From: a virus
Taxonomy: Duplodnaviria > Caudoviricetes
DNA: 31,473 nucleotides
IMG/VR virus record: IMGVR_UViG_3300044976_000047
Location: 1 to 31,473 of that record
Reading direction: 5' to 3' (one strand)
A model generated the notes under the pieces. It saw only the letters and a program-made list of their open reading frames with translations, was not told the DNA's origin and searched no databases. Positions 24,590-31,473 of this stretch are shown piece by piece. The position numbers and the translations under genes are program-made. Positions within the stretch are counted from its first letter, which is position 1. Each line of letters opens with the position of its first letter.

Positions 24590-25708
24590 TCAGGCTGCGG
24601 CGGCGGCGACGGCCTCTTCGAGCTCCCGGCTGCTGACCTCGACGTAGATCATCGTGGTGGCGGGGCTGGCGTGGCCGAGGAGGGTCTGAACGGCCAGCAG
24701 GTTGCGGGTGCCCCGGTAGGCGCGGGTGGCGAACCGGTGCCGCAGCTGGTGGCCGCTGGCCTGCTTGTCCATGGCACGTGCCAGCGCCCTGCCCACAGCG
24801 TCGGGGCCGATGTGCCCGGCGCCGAACCGTGCGGGGAAGACCCAGCCGGGCGGGCGCGCGAGGAGCTCGCGGCGGAGCTGCTCGGTCAGGGGGATCAGCC
24901 TGCGCCGGCCGCCCTTGCCCTCCACGGCCAGGCCGTGGTCGGTGACGTCCTCCCGGCGCACCGCGGCGATCTCCGCGCGGCGCAGTCCGGTGTGCGCGGC
25001 CAGGAGCACCATCAGCCGGTCCCGTGCTTCCGGAGAGTGGGCCAAGGCTGTGGCGAACAGCGCGTCGTCCACGGGACGGGGCAGCCCGCGGGGCACGGTG
25101 ATGGTGCCGATCACGCTGCTGGGGTCGTGGTCGGCATGGCCGAAACGGATCGCCCACTTGTAGAACCCGGCCAGCGGGGTGAGCCTGCTCTTGCGGGTGG
25201 ACGGCTGCCACCGGTGCCCCGCGAACCAGTCGACGACGTCCTGGTCGGTCACGGCGCGCGGCCCGGCGGGATGCTCCCGGGCGAACCCGACCATCTTGCG
25301 CTGGTAGGCGTAGATCGTGTCGGGCCGGCGCCCGATCGCGGCCAGGAAGCGGAGCCAGCCGTCCAACGGCTCCGCCCACGGCCCGGGGACGCTGCCGTCG
25401 CGGGCGGGGCCGTGGCCGGTCGGGCCGCTGGCGCCGGCCGGGACCGGGTTGCCCTGCCGCAGCCCGTTGGCCGTCATCCAGTCGAACAGCCGGCGCAGGA
25501 TCGCTGCGGCCCGGTCGCGGCTGACGCCGTCGTCCCAACGTTCGAGCGCGGCCGCGACGTCGTCCGGCCCGCAGGTCAGCAGATCGAGGTCATGGGCCGC
25601 GAGGCGGGCGGTCTTGCCGTAGTTGGACTTCGTGGCGGGCTTGGTGCCGGTGCGCTGGTCCAGCAGCCACCCGGCGATGATGCGTTCAGCAGGTTCGGGC
25701 AGACTCAT
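24590..25708 (-). CDS. Tyrosine recombinase/integrase 1 (no arm-binding domain; apparently two core-binding domains)
   Basis: TGLRRAEI, GKGGRRR, HQLRHRFAT and LLGHASPATTMIY give a full catalytic set; ends in AAAAA. Confidence 0.95.
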   Translation of the reverse strand: MSLPEPAERIIAGWLLDQRTGTKPATKSNYGKTARLAAHDLDLLTCGPDDVAAALERWDDGVSRDRAAAILRRLFDWMTANGLRQGNPVPAGASGPTGHGPARDGSVPGPWAEPLDGWLRFLAAIGRRPDTIYAYQRKMVGFAREHPAGPRAVTDQDVVDWFAGHRWQPSTRKSRLTPLAGFYKWAIRFGHADHDPSSVIGTITVPRGLPRPVDDALFATALAHSPEARDRLMVLLAAHTGLRRAEIAAVRREDVTDHGLAVEGKGGRRRLIPLTEQLRRELLARPPGWVFPARFGAGHIGPDAVGRALARAMDKQASGHQLRHRFATRAYRGTRNLLAVQTLLGHASPATTMIYVEVSSRELEEAVAAAAA

Positions 25709-25746
25709 CGTCAGCCCCCTTTCCGGTTGAGTCGGATAGGCGGGTC

Positions 25747-25795
25747 AGGGCCGGGTCGGAGTTCGCTGCTCCGGGCCGGTCCGCTTCTCATTATG
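25747..25795 (-). promoter_or_regulatory. Integrase 1 leader: CATAAT -10 and GC-rich hairpin
   Basis: CATAAT on the minus strand at 25795-25790, an imperfect inverted repeat at 25747-25782, and a purine-rich RBS before the ATG. Confidence 0.45.
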
Positions 25796-25836
25796 GGTTG
25801 GGGCTGCGGCACGAAGCGCCTCCCGCGGGGCCGGGG

Positions 25837-26082
25837 ATGAGCGGGCCGGGGCAAGCGCCGGGGCCGGTCCCGACCGCTGACGACGTACGCCGCGCTCAGG
25901 CCCGGCTGGGCGCCAGGCTCGACCAGCACCAGGCGTTCCTGGCCGACAGCGGCAACTTCCCCGATCCGACGTCGGACACCAGGCCCCCAGCGCCGCCGCC
26001 GCGGCTGTGCGGCTGCGGGACCGCGCTCCGCGCCGGTTACGTGCGTTGCGCGATCTGCATCCGGCGGATGAGGCGGGCATGA
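25837..26082 (+). CDS. Hypothetical protein, C-terminal Cys motif
   Basis: CGCG...CAIC; ATGA-coupled to the next gene. Confidence 0.5.
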   Translation: MSGPGQAPGPVPTADDVRRAQARLGARLDQHQAFLADSGNFPDPTSDTRPPAPPPRLCGCGTALRAGYVRCAICIRRMRRA

Positions 26083-26333
26083 GCGGCTGGCTGAAGTGGT
26101 ACTGCGTACCGATCGGCCGCCGGTCCCCGCCCCCCGGGCCTTGGTGCGACGACCTCCCCTGCCTGGGCCACCGGGTCCGCAAGAACCACCTGCTCGTGGC
26201 GGAGGTGCTGGGATGGACGGACGGGTACGAGGACCCGCTGTCCCTGTCCGAGACCGACCCCGCCGCGCTCGCGGACCTCCTGACGCTCGCGGCGCTGACG
26301 CTGTTCGAGCTCGGGCACGAGGTGGGCCGGTGA
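26079..26333 (+). CDS. Hypothetical protein
   Basis: Coupled overlaps on both sides. Confidence 0.55.
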   Translation: MSGWLKWYCVPIGRRSPPPGPWCDDLPCLGHRVRKNHLLVAEVLGWTDGYEDPLSLSETDPAALADLLTLAALTLFELGHEVGR

Positions 26334-26623
26334 TCGGGGCGGTCCTGGTCGCGGACGAGGCGAAGCGCAACTCGGTCCGCTGCGGCCCCGCGGATCTGCT
26401 CAGGTGGGAGCTGTGGCTGAAGAGGGCCCAGCAGGCCGGGCGGGCGGTCGAGGTCCCCGGGACCAGTGGCATCCCCGGCTGCCAGTGGGCGCTGGCGTGC
26501 GACAGCAGGGCCGACGCCGAGTGGCTGCGCCGATGGCTCACCCACTCCTGCGGCTTCACCGCCACGATGCTCAGGATCCGCGGCGCGGCCGCGTGGCCCG
26601 GATCCGCCCACGGACCGCCCTGA
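26330..26623 (+). CDS. Hypothetical protein
   Basis: GTGA overlap. Confidence 0.55.
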   Translation: MIGAVLVADEAKRNSVRCGPADLLRWELWLKRAQQAGRAVEVPGTSGIPGCQWALACDSRADAEWLRRWLTHSCGFTATMLRIRGAAAWPGSAHGPP

Positions 26624-26824
26624 GGGGCAAGTGGCCGCCACGTCCCCCCGTGAGCGGCCCGCCGTGAGCCAGGTGTGCGGCGAACCCCCGCGGAGCCCGG
26701 GCCGACGAAGAGCCCGGACCACGTGAGCGGGGCAACTCTGGCAGCCGCCCCCGGAGGCAGTCCCGGGCGAAGCGGCGGTCCTCCCGACCAGCAGCCATCA
26801 GGGTGCGAGGCCCTGACGGGAGAC

Positions 26825-27628
26825 ATGAGCGCGCTTCGGGGCGTGGTATGGCAGGGCGACAACCTGGCCGGTCTGAGGTCCCTGCCGGACCGGTCCGTGC
26901 ACTGCGTCTACCTCGATCCGCCGTTCAACACGGGGCAGGTGTGGACCGGCGCTGCCGGGTCCTTCCCCGACGTGTTCCGGTGGGACGACCTGGCGCAGGT
27001 CGGACTGGCGGAGCTCCGGGACCGGGGCGGCGCGGTCCCGGCCGCGCTGACCGTTCTGGAGTACGTCCATGGCCGCGGCGCGTGGCTGTCGTACTCCGTG
27101 TTCATGGCGCTGCGGCTCGTCGAGCTGTCGCGGGTCCTGGCTCGGCACGGCACCTGCTGGCTGCATGTGGACCCGCCCGCAGCCGCCGTGCTGAGGATCG
27201 TCGGCGACGCCGCGTTCGGCGCGGGCAGCTTCCGGGGCTGCGTGGCGTGGGTCCGGTCGCGGGGCAAGGGGTCCGCGACCCGCAGGTACGGTCAGGTGCA
27301 CGACTCGATCCTCGTCTGGTCCGGGGAGCTCTCCGCTCATCGGCGCCCGTGGACGTTCGGCGATGTCATCGACGGCTGCCCAGCGATACCCGCCGGTTCC
27401 AGGGAGCGTATCGGCTACCCGACGCAGAAGCCGTTGGCCCTGCTGCGGCGCATCATCGCCTGGTCGACCCTGCCGGGGCACACGGTGCTGGACCCGTTCT
27501 GCGGGTCGGGGACGGCCTTGGTCGCGGCGCAGGAGCTGGGCCGCGGCTGGATCGGGATGGACGCATCCCCCGACGCGGTGGCCGCCGCGAGGCGCCGTCT
27601 CGGATCGGCGCCGCTCGTGAACCTGTAA
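26825..27628 (+). CDS. Orphan N6-adenine/N4-cytosine DNA methyltransferase (beta class)
   Basis: GDNL, YLDPPFN (motif IV), YPTQKP and VLDPFCGSGT (motif I). Confidence 0.93.
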   Translation: MSALRGVVWQGDNLAGLRSLPDRSVHCVYLDPPFNTGQVWTGAAGSFPDVFRWDDLAQVGLAELRDRGGAVPAALTVLEYVHGRGAWLSYSVFMALRLVELSRVLARHGTCWLHVDPPAAAVLRIVGDAAFGAGSFRGCVAWVRSRGKGSATRRYGQVHDSILVWSGELSAHRRPWTFGDVIDGCPAIPAGSRERIGYPTQKPLALLRRIIAWSTLPGHTVLDPFCGSGTALVAAQELGRGWIGMDASPDAVAAARRRLGSAPLVNL

Positions 27629-27647
27629 ACCCGCACGTTTACGGTTT
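27623..27647. terminator. Hairpin between convergent genes
   Basis: CTGTAAAC-ccgcac-GTTTACGG followed by TTT. Confidence 0.4.
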
Positions 27648-27880
27648 CAGCGCCAGCGCGTGGCCTCCAGGACGAATTCGACGCCGCCGGACAGGCTCGG
27701 GAACCGGATCGCGTCCGGGGCGACCCTCCCTGAGCGGAAGCCCCATGGGACGGACAGCAGGATCCGGTCGCTGCCGCGCCTGTAGGTGAACTCCGACATC
27801 AGTGCGCGGTGCCGCCCGCAGTCCGCGCACTCGCAGCACCCGCCGGTCACACCGCCCAGCCTGCCCCAACGCAGCGACAT
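27647..27880 (-). CDS. Hypothetical protein
   Basis: ORF filling the gap after the 27929 gene; start uncertain. Confidence 0.3.
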   Translation of the reverse strand: MSLRWGRLGGVTGGCCECADCGRHRALMSEFTYRRGSDRILLSVPWGFRSGRVAPDAIRFPSLSGGVEFVLEATRWR

Positions 27881-27928
27881 GCCGTGGGCCCACGGAACAA
27901 CGGAGCAGGCCCAACCCTTGGCACGTGG

Positions 27929-28162
27929 TCAGGGCCTCGCGACGGAACGGTGCCACACCGCGATGCGCTTGGCCCAGTAGGAACGCTGGCCCTGGACGTC
28001 GCCGTACTCGCTCAAGCCGCCGACGGTGACGGGGCTCTGCCCGGGGATCCCGTGGGTGTCGGCATCGGCGAGGAACCGGCGCAGGTCGTCCAGGGTGAGG
28101 CCGACCACCGACTCGGTCCGGGCTCCGACCTCGATAGCGGCGGTCGAAGAATGCGTAGTCAT
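27929..28162 (-). CDS. Hypothetical protein
   Basis: RBS GGGAGGGAG upstream; follows recombinase 2. Confidence 0.6.
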   Translation of the reverse strand: MTTHSSTAAIEVGARTESVVGLTLDDLRRFLADADTHGIPGQSPVTVGGLSEYGDVQGQRSYWAKRIAVWHRSVARP

Positions 28163-28189
28163 CGGGCTCCCTCCCGTTCTGGTGTGGGT

Positions 28190-29005
28190 TTACGCCGCGC
28201 GGCGGGACGGCATCCGCTGGGCGGGGCCGGCTGCGGCGAGCTGCACGGCCGCGGTCAGGGCTGCGATGTACCGGCGGGTGGTGGCGGGGCTGGCGTGGCC
28301 CAGGAGCTCCTGCACGGCCACGATGTCGCGGGTCTGCTGGTAGGCCATGGTGGCGAAGGCGTGGCGCAGGCTGTGCGCGGTGAACCCTCCGGGCAGGAGC
28401 GCACCGAGCTTCTCCGAGACGGTGCCGGGCTGCAGGTGGGTGCCGGGCTTCCGGCCTGGGAACGTCCAGCCCGGCGGGCGTGCGGCGAGCAGCTTCGCGA
28501 GCTGCGGCGTGAGCGGGATCAACCTGGTCTTGCGGCCCTTGCCCCGGACCCGGAGCATCCCGCCGTCCATCCGGTCGCGGCTGTGCACGGAGGCGATCTC
28601 GGCGCACCGCAGCCCCATGTGCGCCCCGAGCAGCAGCATCAGCGCCTCGTCCGCGTCTGCGGCGGACTCGGCCGCCCAGAAGGCGTCCGGGGTGCAGGGC
28701 CGCACCCTGGTGTCGGGGACGCGGGGCGCGGCGGCGTCCTGCGTCGGGTCGCGCCACCCGTCCGGCGCGAGGCCGTGCATGTGGGCCCAGCGGTAGAAAC
28801 CGCGGACCGCAGCCAACCAGGATTGCTGGGTCTCCTCCCCGCCTCGCTCCCCGACCCACCGCTCGACGGCGTCGAGGGTGACCGCCCACGGGTCGGGGTG
28901 CGCTGCGGCGAACGCGGCTAGCTGGTAGCGCCGCAGCCGCCTGGTGGAGGCGGCCCGGCGCGACCGGACTAGCCACTCGCCGTACGGCTCGAGCTCGCGC
29001 CACAT
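28190..29005 (-). CDS. Tyrosine recombinase 2 (minimal XerC-like, no arm-binding domain)
   Basis: MGLRCAEI, GKGRKTR, HSLRHAFAT and LLGHASPATTRRY; ends in RRAA. Confidence 0.95.
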   Translation of the reverse strand: MWRELEPYGEWLVRSRRAASTRRLRRYQLAAFAAAHPDPWAVTLDAVERWVGERGGEETQQSWLAAVRGFYRWAHMHGLAPDGWRDPTQDAAAPRVPDTRVRPCTPDAFWAAESAADADEALMLLLGAHMGLRCAEIASVHSRDRMDGGMLRVRGKGRKTRLIPLTPQLAKLLAARPPGWTFPGRKPGTHLQPGTVSEKLGALLPGGFTAHSLRHAFATMAYQQTRDIVAVQELLGHASPATTRRYIAALTAAVQLAAAGPAQRMPSRRAA

Positions 29006-29009
29006 CGCG

Positions 29010-29795
29010 TCACCGGTCGTCGATGATCGTCAGCCCGGAACCGGCGAACAGGTGCGCCGCCTGCTGCGGCCCGAGGGACACCGACCCCATGGGGTCGGAC
29101 CCGTAGCCGTGCTGCTCCTGGCAGGCCTTGATGACGGTGGCCGTCTGGTCCAGAAAGCAGCCTGTCAGCGGCAGGGTGACGTTCCCGGGCGCGGCCAGGC
29201 TGTGCCCGTTCGCGGCCCGCTGCATGTACCAGACCGAGTCGGAGTTCCGCTGGCCCTGGTGGGTCTTGGACAACCGGACCTGCCCGCTGGTGGGCGCGGG
29301 GTAGGTGGTCGTGCAGTCGCCTCCGGACTGCGCGGGCGGCGGTGCGGATCCGCCCCAGTCGAGCCACGGTTGGGGGTCGACGTGGTTGCCCTCGATCCAC
29401 CCGGCGGAGCGCTGCACCTCGGTGTGGGCGTGGGGGCCGCTGGAGTTGCCTGTGGAGTCGACGCGCCCGATGGCCTGCCCCGCGGTCACCCGCTGCCCGA
29501 GGGCGACGTAGACCTTGTCGAGGTGGGCGACGATCAGCCACAGGCCCGGCGACCCGTCCTCGAACGGGTCCACGTCGATGATCACGTGCCAGCCGTACGC
29601 GGAGCCCCACTGGGTGCCGTGGGAGCCGTTGCCGTCGCGGACGCCGCTGACGGTGCCGGAGCGGGGCGCGACGGCGTCGGTGCCGCCCACGCCGGTGGAG
29701 CCGAAGTCGGCGCCGCCGTGGACGCCGGTGGACCATGCGGAGCCCTGCTTGCCGTAGGGGCAGGTGATCGCCGGATGGGCGGGGGTGGGGATCAT
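29010..29795 (-). CDS. Endolysin, M23 peptidase with C-terminal putative cell-wall-binding region
   Basis: HGGADF, AYG, AHL and TGNSSGPHAHTEV zinc motifs. Confidence 0.9.
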   Translation of the reverse strand: MIPTPAHPAITCPYGKQGSAWSTGVHGGADFGSTGVGGTDAVAPRSGTVSGVRDGNGSHGTQWGSAYGWHVIIDVDPFEDGSPGLWLIVAHLDKVYVALGQRVTAGQAIGRVDSTGNSSGPHAHTEVQRSAGWIEGNHVDPQPWLDWGGSAPPPAQSGGDCTTTYPAPTSGQVRLSKTHQGQRNSDSVWYMQRAANGHSLAAPGNVTLPLTGCFLDQTATVIKACQEQHGYGSDPMGSVSLGPQQAAHLFAGSGLTIIDDR

Positions 29796-30004
29796 CGTCG
29801 GGCCTCCTGCTCCGCGATCCGGATGAGGCGGTGCAGGATGCCGGGGTCGTCGATCCGGTCCAGGAACTCCTCGACGGCGTCGGCCATCGCGTCGTGGACG
29901 GTGCTGCCGGGGCCCCAGTCGCGGGGCGGGCCGGTCCGGACGTGCTCGGCTGCGAGCCTGACCGCTGCGCGCATCCATGCCCGCGGCGGGACGTGTTCGG
30001 TCAT
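29792..30004 (-). CDS. Hypothetical protein in lysis cassette
   Basis: TGATG and ATGA overlaps. Confidence 0.55.
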   Translation of the reverse strand: MTEHVPPRAWMRAAVRLAAEHVRTGPPRDWGPGSTVHDAMADAVEEFLDRIDDPGILHRLIRIAEQEARR

Positions 30005-30285
30005 CAGGGTCCTCCATCTTTGGGTCCGTTGAAGGTGCTGGACACGGCGCCGGCGATGGCGCCGATCCCCGCCCCCGCCAACGCGATCGCGCTGTCGGAG
30101 TCCCACAGCAGCCCGCCGAGCAGCGCGGCGAGGGACAGCACAGACAGGGACGCGACCAGCAGGGTGGGCGCGGGGTGGGTGGCGGCCTTCACCAGCGACG
30201 TGGTCAGCAGCCAGGCGACGGCGCCGGAGATCGCGACGATCGCGACGACGCCGGCGACCTGGGCGGGCTGCCAGTCCCACGTCAC
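30004..30285 (-). CDS. Putative holin (3 TM)
   Basis: Three hydrophobic helices; upstream of the endolysin. Confidence 0.55.
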   Translation of the reverse strand: MTWDWQPAQVAGVVAIVAISGAVAWLLTTSLVKAATHPAPTLLVASLSVLSLAALLGGLLWDSDSAIALAGAGIGAIAGAVSSTFNGPKDGGP

Positions 30286-30653
30286 GGGGCGCCGTCATCG
30301 ATGGGGACCGCGATCGGCGCGTGGTCGGCGACGCGGGTGAACGGCATCATCTGTTGCACCTGCGCGTCGATCATCGCGTCGGTGATGACACCGGGGTTCT
30401 TGCCCGGTTCAGTGCCGCCGCCGGCGAGGTTCGACGTCCACGCGTTCCACCATCCGGGAGCGGCTGCCCAGACGCGGCGCCACTCCAACGCCCACAGGTC
30501 CGGGTCGATCCCTGCGTCCTCCGCGCATCCGAGGCGGCCGGCGCAGGCCGCGACGCGGAGCCGCATGTACGGGTCGTCGGCGATGATCGCCTGGGTCAGC
30601 CAGTCGTCGGTGTCGGCCCTCGGGGCAATCGTCTCGGCGTACTTCGTGGGCAT
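30282..30653 (-). CDS. Hypothetical tail-end protein
   Basis: RVAACA...WAAAPGW...ITDAMIDAQVQ; RBS GAGGAGG. Confidence 0.65.
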   Translation of the reverse strand: MPTKYAETIAPRADTDDWLTQAIIADDPYMRLRVAACAGRLGCAEDAGIDPDLWALEWRRVWAAAPGWWNAWTSNLAGGGTEPGKNPGVITDAMIDAQVQQMMPFTRVADHAPIAVPIDDGAP

Positions 30654-30663
30654 GGTTGCCTCC

Positions 30664-31440
30664 TCAGGTCTTGATGATGAAGTTGAAGGTGATGTAGGGC
30701 TGGAGGTTGTTGTGGGCCACGCCGCCGCCCGTAGGCAGTTGCGGGGCGGTCACAGCCTTGTACCCCACTGAAGTGTTCATGGGGCCCTGCCCCCAGGTGG
30801 TGTCGCCGGCAAGCGCGTTATCGACGAACACGTCGTACATCGCCACACTGTCGCGCGGGCGTTGCCAAGCGTGGAGGTGGCTGGGCATCTCGCCGACCGT
30901 GAGTGCGTGCGTCTTCGTGCCGCCGGTCTTGTTCAGCGCGTTGAACTCGGTCTGCGCGGCGTCGAGGCCTATCGGGGCACGGCCCTTCAGGTTCGGCAGG
31001 TTGAACGTCGTCGAACCGTCGCCCACCCCGTAGGTGGTGGAGCACACCGCGAACAGTGCCGCGTACGTGGTGCGGGAAACCGCCTGCCCCTGGGCCAGCA
31101 GCCATCCGGCCGGCGCCGCGGTGCCCGCGTACGGGGTCACGGCGCCTGTGGGCACCAGCGCGGCCTGCACCGACGCGATCAGCGCGTCTAACTGCTGCTT
31201 CGGGACCGCCTGCAGCGCGGTGGCGGCGTTGCCCGGCAGGTCGATCGGCCCGGTCATCGTGCCGCCCGCCTTCCGCAGGTACACGCCGTGCGGGTCGGAG
31301 TCAGCCGCGTGGGCGTCCAGTACCGTCTGCGCGGCGCCGGCCGCCTGCTGCGTCCAGGCGAGCATGTCGGCGGGTAGGTCAGGGTCCTCGATCCAGGGGT
31401 ACCCGTCCTCTGTCACGCCCATCTGATCCTCCTGTGTCAT
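30664..31440 (-). CDS. Tail fibre with phage tail collar domain
   Basis: PTGAVTPYAGTAAPAGWLLAQGQAVSRTTYAALFAV...TFNLPNLKGR and HNNLQPY...FIIKT. Confidence 0.9.
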   Translation of the reverse strand: MTQEDQMGVTEDGYPWIEDPDLPADMLAWTQQAAGAAQTVLDAHAADSDPHGVYLRKAGGTMTGPIDLPGNAATALQAVPKQQLDALIASVQAALVPTGAVTPYAGTAAPAGWLLAQGQAVSRTTYAALFAVCSTTYGVGDGSTTFNLPNLKGRAPIGLDAAQTEFNALNKTGGTKTHALTVGEMPSHLHAWQRPRDSVAMYDVFVDNALAGDTTWGQGPMNTSVGYKAVTAPQLPTGGGVAHNNLQPYITFNFIIKT

Positions 31441-31473
31441 CTGCCCGTGACCACCGCTCGGAACTGTCCGGCG
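31347..31473. repeat. Terminal direct repeat, copy 2
   Basis: Identical to 1-127. Confidence 0.95.

Noticed and set aside
27618-27636. Third copy of the 28-bp repeat (GAACCTGTAAACCCGCAC)
   Set aside because: Only about 13/18 identity to half of the repeat; better explained as part of a terminator hairpin.

Overview
The window is very probably a complete ~31.35 kb temperate, high-GC siphovirus of an actinobacterial host. Bases 1-127 repeat exactly at 31347-31473, which looks like an assembly circularisation overlap. The virion and packaging genes are recognisable: HNH, TerS, TerL, portal, MuF, scaffold, capsid, head-tail proteins, tail tube, frameshifted chaperone, tape measure, minor tails and collar fibre. 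So are an M23 endolysin, WhiB, a replication initiator with internal iterons, an Xre repressor, an orphan amino-MTase and two tyrosine recombinases. Four things stand out. (1) A tRNA-3'-half attP lies inside a repressor that ends in ...AA, the integration-dependent immunity design, but there are two arm-less recombinases and neither is beside attP. (2) The portal, MuF-papain-toxin and Imm35-like immunity genes are flipped against the rest of the late operon, have their own candidate leaderless promoter and are bracketed by degenerate inverted repeats, so they may form an invertible module. (3) There is a tandemly duplicated cos-like end sequence. (4) Conflict-type cargo clusters around the packaging genes: a coiled-coil TIR, a DUF5565-like RNA ligase, membrane proteins and a lipoprotein. 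All calls come from reading motifs by eye; no searches were run.
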